Part shown: positions 21,110 through 29,713 of the stretch, one piece after another
Numbering within the stretch: the stretch's first letter is position 1
Layout of the letters: the number at the start of each line of letters is the position of its first letter
DNA from: an uncultured Candidatus Entotheonella sp.
Lineage (GTDB): Bacteria > Tectomicrobia > Entotheonellia > Entotheonellales > Entotheonellaceae
Assembly: GCA_965217185.1 (NCBI GenBank)
Contig: OZ244252.1
Coordinates: forward strand, 416,001 to 480,000
Length of the DNA: 64,000 bases
Direction: 5' to 3'
Notes under the pieces: generated by a model
Seen by the model: the letters and a program-made list of their open reading frames with translations, nothing else
Databases searched by the model: none
What the model was told of the DNA's origin: nothing
Translations under genes and position numbers: made by a program

Positions 21110-22435
21110 ATGGCACGCACGCGGCACGTCATTGTCGGCGGCGGCACCGCCGGCATGAACGCCATTACCACGATTCGCCAGTACGACCGCGGCGCTTCCG
21201 AAATCATTCTGGTGGCCGATGAGCGCCCCTACTCGCGCATGGTGCTGCCGTATTACCTGAAGGGCAGTATCAGCGAGTCGCACGTCTTCACGGCCCCGCC
21301 GACACGCCTGCGCGCCCTGGGCGTGGAGCCATTCATCGGCAGACGCGCCGTCGGGGTCGATACGCAGACCAACACTCTGACGCTGGACGACGACACCGAA
21401 CTTCCTTACGACAATCTGCTCATCGCCACCGGCTCGTCGGCCGTGCGGGCGCCCGTTGCCGGCGCCGACGGCTCCGGCGTCCACAGCTTCTGGACCCTGG
21501 AACAGGCGCAGGGCGTCATTCGGGGCATCACGCCGGGTTGCTCGGTGGTGCTGGTTGGGGCCGGCTTCATCGCCTTCACCATTCTGAATTCCATCCTTGC
21601 GCTGGATGCCCAGCTTACGGTTGTGGAGATCGCGCCGCAGATTCTGCCGCGCATGATCGATGCGACGGGCGCCGACGTGGTGACGCGGTGGCTGCAGGAG
21701 CGGGGTGTCACGGTTCGCACCGGGGCGCAATTGAACGCCATCGAAGACGCCGACGGTCGCAAGCGGCTGCGCTTTCAGCAGGGCGAGGACGTGATGGCGG
21801 ACCAAGTGATCATGGCGACGGGTATCCGCACCAATCTCGACTGGCTGCAAGACTCGGGCATCACCATCAACCGGGGCATCGTGGTCGATGCGCACATGCG
21901 CTCCAACGTGCCCAACGTGTATGCCGCCGGCGACGTTGCCGAGGGCCGCGACGCCGTCACCGGAGAGCCGGCGCTGCATGCCATCGAGCCCACTGCGATG
22001 GAGCACGGACGCATCGCCGGGGCCAATATGGCGGGGCAGTCGCAGACGCATCGCGGCAGCCTGCTGATGAACATCGTGGAGGTGCTGGGGCTCGAAATCG
22101 CCAGCTTCGGGGCCTGGGACGACGCCAACGCCGAGGTTATGACCACACTGCGGCCGGAGCGCCCGGCGTACCGCAAGCTGTTGTGGCACGACGACCGCAT
22201 CACCGGGGCGATGATTCTCGGACCGGCGCGCGACATTTGGGCGACGAACGACGTGGGCATTCTGAAGGGACTGGTGCAGTCCGGGGTTTCGCTGCGCGAT
22301 TGGAAGTCGTACCTGCGGGACAATCTGTTCGACGTCAAGCGGGCGTTCATTGCCGCCGGCGCGACCGGTCGGCTGCTGCCGCAAACGGTTCTGGGCCGTC
22401 CGTCGGTGGCGGCGGAGTCGGTCGCCGTGCAATAG
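21110..22435 (+). CDS. FAD/NADH-dependent pyridine nucleotide oxidoreductase (AorC-like)
   Basis: IVGGGTAG, ATGS, VGAGFIA followed by VVE, and VYAAGD motifs. Confidence 0.9.
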   Translation: MARTRHVIVGGGTAGMNAITTIRQYDRGASEIILVADERPYSRMVLPYYLKGSISESHVFTAPPTRLRALGVEPFIGRRAVGVDTQTNTLTLDDDTELPYDNLLIATGSSAVRAPVAGADGSGVHSFWTLEQAQGVIRGITPGCSVVLVGAGFIAFTILNSILALDAQLTVVEIAPQILPRMIDATGADVVTRWLQERGVTVRTGAQLNAIEDADGRKRLRFQQGEDVMADQVIMATGIRTNLDWLQDSGITINRGIVVDAHMRSNVPNVYAAGDVAEGRDAVTGEPALHAIEPTAMEHGRIAGANMAGQSQTHRGSLLMNIVEVLGLEIASFGAWDDANAEVMTTLRPERPAYRKLLWHDDRITGAMILGPARDIWATNDVGILKGLVQSGVSLRDWKSYLRDNLFDVKRAFIAAGATGRLLPQTVLGRPSVAAESVAVQ

Positions 22436-22488
22436 GCATGCGAAACGCCATTCGGACTGCAAACACTGTGCATTGAAGGACAAGCGAT

Positions 22489-24390
22489 ATGCAAGAGGAA
22501 CTGCCAGGTGGTTATGCCGGAAAGATTTTGCGGGTCGATTTGAGCCAGAATCGGACCTGGACCGAAGCCTGGACGGCCGAGATGTGCCGCACCTGCATCG
22601 GCGGGGTCGGGCTGGGCATCAAAATTTTGTGGGACGAGGTGCCGGCGGAGGTTGGCTGGGATCACGAGGACAACCGCTTGGTGCTGGCCACCGGTCCGCT
22701 GGCCGGGCTGCCGGCTTGGGGCACCGGCGGGCTCACCGTCGTGACGCGCGGCGCCCTGACCAACGGCGCCACCAATACGCAGGCCAACGGCTTTTTCGGC
22801 GCCAACCTGAAGTACTCCGGCTACGACGCCATCGTCCTGCAGGGGCGGGCGCCGGAGTGGGTCTATCTCTATATCCGTGACGACACCGTTGAACTGCGCG
22901 ATGCCTCGGCGCTGCTGGGCAAGGACACCTGGGAAACGCAAGAAGCCCTGGAGCAGATGCTTGATCTGACGGGTCACCAACTCAGCGTGTACACCAGTGG
23001 CTTGGCGGGTGAGAACCAGGTGCGGTTTGCCGCGATCCACGGTGATTACGGCCATGTGGCCAGCAAGAACGGCTGCGGCGCGGTGATGGGCAACAAGCGG
23101 TTGAAGGCGGTGGCCATCGTGCGCGGCAGCAAGGCGTTGCGCGCCGCCGACCCGCGCGGGTTGTGGATGGCCGCGCAGGAGATCGCCGAGGACCTGCAGT
23201 ACGATCCGTCGACGCGGTCGCTGTACGAATATGGCACGCTGCCTGGGGTGTCCGGCCTGTCGCGGCTCGGCGCCCTGCCGATCAAGAATTACACCACCAA
23301 CGTCGTTCCCGAAGGCGTGGACATGAGCCAATGGACGGCGCAGGGTCTGCGCGAGGGATTCGATCACCGCGGTCACCAGTGCAACTCGTGCGGCATGCAC
23401 CATTGCCACGCGCAGGTATTGCCTTCAGGACCGCACCAGGGCGCCATCGTCGACGAGCCGGAATACGAGGGCTGGTCCGGGGCGGGTTGGGCTTTCGGGT
23501 GCACCGATCCGGTGGCCACCTCGTGGCTCAACACGCAGGTGGACCGCGCCTGCGTGGACGTGAACGAGTTTGGCTGGCTCATGGGTTGGGTGGCCGAATG
23601 CCAGGAGAAGGGCTACATCACTAAGGAGCAGCTCGGCGGCATTACCATCACCTGGGGCGATGCCGAGGCGGCGAACGCGCTGCTGCAGATGACCATTCGC
23701 CGCGAGGGGTTCGGCGACGTGCTGGCCGAGGGCGTCAAGCGGGCGTCTGAGACGGTCGGTGGCCCCGCCGCCGAGTGCGCCATTTATGCGATGACGGGCA
23801 ACACGCCGCGCGGCCACGATCATCGGGCACGCTGGGAAGAAATGCTCGACACCTGCACGGGCAGCGGCGGCACCCTGGACAGCGGCCCGCCGGTGCTGCC
23901 TACCGAGATGGGGCAGCCGGCGCGCATCAATCCGTTCGATCCGGACGCCGTGGCGCGTATGGTCGGCGGCACGCGCGGCCGGCGGCAGTTCGAGGATTCC
24001 TTGGGGACGTGCATTTTTACGACCCGCACCCTGCTGTCCATATTGTGCCGAACCCTGAGTGCCGCCACTGGCTGGGATTTCACCAAGGACGAGGCGCTTC
24101 TGTTTGGCCGACGTACCGCCGCGCTGATGCGGGCGTTCAACATTCGCTGCGGCATCACGCCCGATCTGGAAAGGCCGTCCAAACGATATGGCTCCGTGCC
24201 CGTCGACGGTCCGGCCCAAGGCCAGGACATCGGCGCGCATTGGGAGCACCTGCTCGATGTCTGGTACGACATGGTCGGCTACGACCGCCAGACCGGCAAG
24301 CCCCTCCCGGCCACGCTGGAAGACCTGGGTCTGTCGCATATCGTTGCCGACCTCTGGGATGCCCAGGAGGCCACCCATGCCGGCACCTGA
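22489..24390 (+). CDS. aor: Tungsten-dependent aldehyde:ferredoxin oxidoreductase family catalytic subunit
   Basis: GYAGKILRVDLS, GAVMGNKRLKA, CNSCGMHHC, PEYE, LAEGVKRA, DSLGTC and TGKPLPATLEDLGL motifs. Confidence 0.92.
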   Translation: MQEELPGGYAGKILRVDLSQNRTWTEAWTAEMCRTCIGGVGLGIKILWDEVPAEVGWDHEDNRLVLATGPLAGLPAWGTGGLTVVTRGALTNGATNTQANGFFGANLKYSGYDAIVLQGRAPEWVYLYIRDDTVELRDASALLGKDTWETQEALEQMLDLTGHQLSVYTSGLAGENQVRFAAIHGDYGHVASKNGCGAVMGNKRLKAVAIVRGSKALRAADPRGLWMAAQEIAEDLQYDPSTRSLYEYGTLPGVSGLSRLGALPIKNYTTNVVPEGVDMSQWTAQGLREGFDHRGHQCNSCGMHHCHAQVLPSGPHQGAIVDEPEYEGWSGAGWAFGCTDPVATSWLNTQVDRACVDVNEFGWLMGWVAECQEKGYITKEQLGGITITWGDAEAANALLQMTIRREGFGDVLAEGVKRASETVGGPAAECAIYAMTGNTPRGHDHRARWEEMLDTCTGSGGTLDSGPPVLPTEMGQPARINPFDPDAVARMVGGTRGRRQFEDSLGTCIFTTRTLLSILCRTLSAATGWDFTKDEALLFGRRTAALMRAFNIRCGITPDLERPSKRYGSVPVDGPAQGQDIGAHWEHLLDVWYDMVGYDRQTGKPLPATLEDLGLSHIVADLWDAQEATHAGT

Positions 24391-24721
24391 TGCCCCCCAA
24401 AACACCGTTGCTGTCGACGCCGGTGAGTTGGAGGTCGAAGTCGTCGCCTGGATTACCAAATTCGTCGGCGGCGACGGTAGCACCCGTAAGGTTTTCCACC
24501 TGCCCCTGCGGACGGGCGACACCGTCCGCAAGGCCCTTCGCCGTCTCAGCGGCCGCTTTCCGCAACTCCACAAAGCCCTGTGGGACCCCGCCACCGGCGG
24601 CCTCGCCGAGCACATCGAGGTGCTCATCAACGATGCCGTCCTCGACCTCACCCACAACCTGGACAGCCCCATCAGCCGGAGCGACAAGATCGCCCTCATC
24701 GGCCAGTATCTCGGGGGATGA
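24377..24721 (+). CDS. moaD: MoaD/ThiS family sulfur carrier
   Basis: Ubiquitin-like size, VLIND motif, C-terminal GG; start overlaps the aor end. Confidence 0.8.
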   Translation: MPAPDAPQNTVAVDAGELEVEVVAWITKFVGGDGSTRKVFHLPLRTGDTVRKALRRLSGRFPQLHKALWDPATGGLAEHIEVLINDAVLDLTHNLDSPISRSDKIALIGQYLGG

Positions 24722-24749
24722 AACCGTTTAGCCATAGGAGTCGCCGTTC

Positions 24750-26327
24750 ATGGCAGACCTGATCAGCCCTGCAACCCTGCTCGACCTTTTGGCAAGTGAC
24801 ACGCCTTGCGCCTGCATTGATGTCAGAGAGCCTGGCGAGTACAACAGCTCGCATATTCCTGGGGTGAGCCTGCTGCCGCGTCGGCAACTCGAATTTCACA
24901 TGCCCCTCGCGGTGCCCTTCCTGGGCACTCGGGTGGTGGTGTGTGACGACGATGGGCGCCGTGCGGCGCTGGCTGCCGCGACGTTGGAAGGCATGGGTTA
25001 CAGCCACGTGGCTGTCCTGCAAGGGGGCATCAACCGCTGGGTGAGCGAGAGTCACCCAACCGAATGGGGCACCAACGTGCCTAGCAAGGATTTCGGGGAA
25101 AAGGTGGAAGTGGTGCATCACGTGCCGGAGATCGAGGCAACCGACCTGCAGGCTCGTATGGCGCGAGGGGACAAGCTGCACATTGTCGACACCCGCACGC
25201 CTGAAGAGTTCCAGCGCTTCTGTATCCCTGGGGGGCACAGCGTTCCTGGGGGAGAATTGCCCCTGCGCATCACCGATATCATCGAACAACTGGAGCCGGA
25301 TACCACGGTCATTGTGAACTGCGCCGGACGTACCCGCAGCATTATGGGGACACGCCTGCTGCAGCGCATGGGTCTGGCCAACGTATATGGCCTGAAAAAC
25401 GGTACGGCAGGATGGCTTCTGGCCGGTTATCAACTGGAAACCGGCGCCGACCGATTGGAGTTGCCCGAGCCGTCGTCCGAAGGGCTTGCTGCTGCGGAAA
25501 CGTATGCAGCCAGATTGGCCAAAGAAGACGGCGTCCGTTTCCTGGACATCCCGGCCCTGCAGGCCATGATGGCCCGACGGGAACGGGAACCCCTTTATTT
25601 CATCGACGTGCGAACTGCAGACGAGTATGCCGGCGGCCACATCCCCGGATTTCGGTGGTTTCCCGGCGGCCAGGCTGTCCAGCGCTCCGACGACGTAGCG
25701 GTGGTGAAACCTTGCCCGGTCGTCTTCACCTGTGATCGCAAAGCCCGCGCCACCTGCACCGCCTCCTGGTATCGGCAGATGGGGTTTGCAGAAGTCTACG
25801 TTGTGGACGGTGGAACCGCAGCCTGGAGCGACAGCGGCCTGGCCCTGGAGCAAGGTGGGGAAGATGCGGCGCCAGTCGGCTTCGCCGCGGCGCAAGCCAA
25901 GACGCGTCTCGTGACGCCCCAGGTTCTGTACGCCGACTTGCCGCCGGTGGTCATTTTCGTTGACAGCAGCCAGGACTTTGCCCGTGCCCACGTGCCCGGC
26001 GCCAACTGGGTGCCGCGTGGCTGGTTGGAATTCCACATCGGCGCCCTGGCGCCCTCATACGAGACCCCCCTTGCCGTAACCTGTAACGATGGGCGTCAAG
26101 CTATGCTTGCGGGCGCCACGCTGACGGATCTGGGCTATCAGGCCGTTACCGTGCTGGAAGGCGGTATGGCTGCCTGGCAACACGCGGCCTTGCCGGTTGA
26201 GCGGGGCCTCTCCGGCGTCATGAATCCGCCCACGGACGTGGTGCTGTCCGGCCCGGACCGAAACTTCGCAGACATGATGCACTACCTGCGCTGGGAAGAA
26301 GCCTTGGGGACGAAGTACAGTTCCTAA
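24750..26327 (+). CDS. Four-domain rhodanese/sulfurtransferase
   Basis: Four rhodanese units (DVREPGEY..HIPG, DTRTPEEF..CIPG, DVRTADEY..HIPG, D..QDF..HVPG), each with a loop Cys (e.g. NCAGRTRS). Confidence 0.9.
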   Translation: MADLISPATLLDLLASDTPCACIDVREPGEYNSSHIPGVSLLPRRQLEFHMPLAVPFLGTRVVVCDDDGRRAALAAATLEGMGYSHVAVLQGGINRWVSESHPTEWGTNVPSKDFGEKVEVVHHVPEIEATDLQARMARGDKLHIVDTRTPEEFQRFCIPGGHSVPGGELPLRITDIIEQLEPDTTVIVNCAGRTRSIMGTRLLQRMGLANVYGLKNGTAGWLLAGYQLETGADRLELPEPSSEGLAAAETYAARLAKEDGVRFLDIPALQAMMARREREPLYFIDVRTADEYAGGHIPGFRWFPGGQAVQRSDDVAVVKPCPVVFTCDRKARATCTASWYRQMGFAEVYVVDGGTAAWSDSGLALEQGGEDAAPVGFAAAQAKTRLVTPQVLYADLPPVVIFVDSSQDFARAHVPGANWVPRGWLEFHIGALAPSYETPLAVTCNDGRQAMLAGATLTDLGYQAVTVLEGGMAAWQHAALPVERGLSGVMNPPTDVVLSGPDRNFADMMHYLRWEEALGTKYSS

Positions 26328-26505
26328 GTGATGTTACGCACCGTTTGAGTCAGAGTCATGAGCAGCTTGAGGTCCTTAGGTGGGTGTTTGTGAATGATCC
26401 TGCCCCTGCTTTGACCGGTTTCAGAGGTCGCCTTCCCAGCATCCGCCGCGCTCCCAGGAAGGCGTCGCTATTCACAAACGCCCGCTAAAGATGCGTAACA
26501 TCACT
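26327..26505. mobile_element. MITE-like element A (179 bp)
   Basis: Perfect 14-bp TIR AGTGATGTTACGCA/TGCGTAACATCACT, flanked by a 5-bp direct repeat TCCTA (26322-26326 and 26506-26510); internal IR GGGTGTTTGTGAAT/ATTCACAAACGCCC. Confidence 0.8.
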
Positions 26506-26789
26506 TCCTAAATTTGGCGGCCAGGCTATGGGGAGGAGGGCAAGCAATGCTCCCCATTGAAATCATGGAGATGCTTGGCATCCTTGGCAGTTCCTTTTGA
26601 TCTGCGCGGACAGCCGGTCGGCCCTACAGGGCATCTCGAAAAATGTCTCCCAGATGGAGGCGGGTGACCATGGGTATGCCACCTCATGCCGGCGAGCATA
26701 TGAGACCGGCTTTCCCTATGCGTTCACTGTCTCAGGCACACCAAGCCCGCTTTGCAGAGCGGACATCCGGCAGACCCTGCCAATCCCCT

Positions 26790-27518
26790 TCACAGGCAAC
26801 CCACCATGGCCAGACGGCGCAATTGAACCAGGCGTCGCATGTTGTAGGCGGGGTTCTTAAGCTCTAGCCGCGCAGTCGCCCGCACGAGCCCGATGCTGCG
26901 AACCAGGGTTCCGCCCAGGTCGTTGCACTGTGGCCCGAAGACATGCTCTACGCGAGCCCGAAAACCGTGAACGACTCTTGTTGCCCGTTTTCTCCCAATC
27001 ATGCAACGGACGGCTACGACATGCTTGGTGATGGATCCGACTCGTCAATCCCCTTGGCTTTCACCCTCGCTTCCATATCTTTCAACCGGCAGGCGCTGTC
27101 CGCCTGGACGCCGCTTGCCGTGCTTTTTGTCCACCGCGCATCCGTGTCTATCTGACGGCGGCGGACCGGCTTGTCCGCCCATGCCTCGGGTATCTCGCCA
27201 TTGTTGATCTGCTCCTTATCGTCACGGCTGTTGCGTTGGATAGGGAGCGCGACAATCGACGCATCCACGATCGGGACGCCCATTGCCTGGTCGCCTTGGA
27301 TTTTCAGGCAAGCGTCGAATTCCTCGAACAAGACCTCGATCACACCCGCCCGTGACAACTGCTCGCGGTAGAGCCACGCCGTCCCTGGATCAAGTTCAGG
27401 GCAGGCTTTGGCGTCCGGCGCTTTGTCTTCAAGTGCCAGCCCCAGAGCCTGCCCCAGACTCGATCCGGGGAAGCGCACAGTAGTGATTCTCGACATCGAA
27501 AAAGCCCATCTGAGCCAT
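26790..27518 (-). pseudogene. Degenerate IS5-family transposase
   Basis: N-terminus MAQMGFFDVEN (ATG 27518), core WLYREQL...IVDASIV...QRNSR...DTDARWTK and C-terminus RARVEHVFG...VRSIGLVRA...YNMRRL, split across frames with internal deletions. Confidence 0.88.
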
Positions 27519-28144
27519 GTTCAATTCCTCTGGCCTCGCTGTGCGGAGATGCCGATAGCTTACGCATGGCACAAATCAAACTATCCCTCAAGACATCACA
27601 ACGTGGCGCGGCGAGACGCTGCTTCATGTCCGTGACTCGGTGCGATGGGGCGTCATAAGACATAAATATAGTTATGTCTGAGACCAAATAAATGTATGTT
27701 ATAAATGACTAGTCTTTTGTTTGTAAAGATATTAGACTAGCTAATATTTTATGCGCCCGTCCGGTGGGGGCTCTTGGCTACGGCCGCCGCCGCGCCGGGG
27801 TTGGAAAACGCAACTCGGGAGAGAGGTGGGGAATGCGTTCGATTGGTGCGACGTGGTTTGAATATTTTGGGTCGATGGCTGAAGGCGCTGGCCTTAACCG
27901 AGCGCCGAAGCCATGACTGCGCCTCGAGCGCGGGACGACAACCACCTGCCGTCATCGCCTGACCTCCTTGCGCCCCGCCGGGACGGCCGTTCCTCCTTCA
28001 CAGTTGTTCTCGCCGTCGGCCTGCCCCGCCGGCTTATGAAAGTCTGTTCCATAAGCCATCGGCGGCGATTTCCGAAGAAAAACGCGGTCTCTGGCGCCGA
28101 GCGCCTCTTCGCATCATGAACCGACAACCAGCCAGCTTCACCCA

Positions 28145-28208
28145 GGCACTGACGATGCCGACACCTTCGTCTTCGACCTCGACCACGGAAATGACGTCAT
28201 CACCGGGC
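28145..28208 (+). pseudogene. Fragment resembling an RTX-protein C-terminal motif
   Basis: Translates GTDDADTFVFDLDHGNDVITG in a frame with no ATG/GTG/TTG start, ending at TGA 28337-28339. Confidence 0.4.
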
Positions 28209-28716
28209 CTGACCCGGAGTCCACTGATCCCGAATCGGGCCGGGCAGGCCCTTGGCCAGCGGAAGACCTGGACTCCGGACTCCACCGGAGCGACGCAGCA
28301 ACTATCGAGAGCTTCAAGATAGGAGAGCCTGAGAGATGACGACTCAACGATTCCGGAGATTCCTGCCCTTCGTCCTTGGTCAACGTATCCCCTACCGCTT
28401 TTTCACTTCCCTCATGCTCTTGGTTCTTATCCTCATGTGCCTGCCTGCACTTTCCAGCGCCCAACAGACCTGCCAGCCCGACGGCGATGTCAACCAGAAT
28501 GGAAGTGTGACCGCTGTGGATGCCCTGCTGGCCTTTCAACAGGCCTTGAGTCTGACCCAACTGGATGCGTGTCAGTTGAGCATCGCGGATGTATTCCCCT
28601 CACCACACGCACCCGACGGTAACGTCACTGCGTCGGATGCCTTGTGCATTTTCCAGAAAGCGCTTGGTTCGCCGTCCTGTTTTGACATCTTGCCGCCATC
28701 TAACCAACTGCCCATG

Positions 28717-29697
28717 GTCAGCGCCGGGGGCGATCACACCTGCGGGATTCTTGAAACGGGCGCCGTGGCATGCTGGGGCCTTGATGACGAGGGTCAGTCC
28801 GCACCGCCTGCGGGCACCTTCACCACGGTCAGCGCCGGGGCGGATCACACCTGCGGGATTCTTGAAACGGGCGCCGTGGCATGCTGGGGCCTTGATGACG
28901 ATGGGCAGTCCACGCCGCCTGCGGGCACCTTCACCACGGTCAGTGCCGGGGCGGATCACACCTGCGGGATTCTTGAAACGGGCGCCGTGGCATGCTGGGG
29001 CCTTGATGACGACGGTCAGTCCGCACCGCCTGCGGGCACCTTCACCACGGTCAGCGCCGGGGCGGATCACACCTGCGGGATTCTTGATACGGGTGCCGTG
29101 GCATGCTGGGGCCTTGATGACGAGGGTCAGTCCGCACCGCCTGCGGGCACCTTCACCACGATCAGTGCCGGGGCGGATCACACCTGCGGGATTCTTGAAA
29201 CGGGCGCCGTGGCATGCTGGGGCCTTGATGACGACGGTCAGTCCACGCCGCCTGCGGGCATCTTCACCACGATCAGCGCCGGGGCGGATCACACCTGCGG
29301 GATTCTTGAAACGGGTGCCGTGGCATGCTGGGGCCTTGATGACGACGGTCAGTCCGCACCGCCTGCGGGCACCTTCACCACGATCAGCGCCGGGGCGGAT
29401 CACACCTGCGGGATTCTTGAAACGGGCGTTGTGGCATGCTGGGGCTTTGATGACGACGGTCAGTCCGCACCGCCTGCGGGCACCTTCACCACGATCAGTG
29501 CCAGGGGCGGATCACACCTGCGGGATTCTTGAAACGGGCGTCGTGGCATGCTGGGGCCTTGATGACGAGGGTCAGTCCGCACCGCCTGCGGGCACCTTCA
29601 CCACGCTCAGTGCCGGGGCGGATCACACCTGCGGGATTCTTGAAACGGGCGTCGTGGCATGCTGGGGTCTTGATGACGAGGGTCAGTCCGCGCCGCC
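28717..29697 (+). repeat. Nine tandem 111-bp coding repeats (RCC1-like blades)
   Basis: Unit SAGADHTCGILETGAVACWGLDDEGQSAPPAGTFTTV starting at 28720, 28831, 28942, 29053, 29164, 29275, 29386, 29497 and 29609. Confidence 0.92.
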
Positions 29698-29713
29698 CGG
29701 TAGAGCGACTACT

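Noticed and set aside
20261..24735. Long antisense ORFs (740, 544 and 436 aa) opposite the AOR operon
   Set aside because: Shadow ORFs caused by high-GC codon bias, with no recognisable motifs.
26629..27553. Terminal inverted repeats of the IS5 remnant (GGCATCTC/GAGATGCC)
   Set aside because: Only an 8-bp match with no TSD; too weak to define the element ends.
28717..29697. Regular 111-bp repeats as a CRISPR array
   Set aside because: The units are contiguous with no unique spacers, the period is a multiple of 3 and protein-coding, and no cas genes are present.
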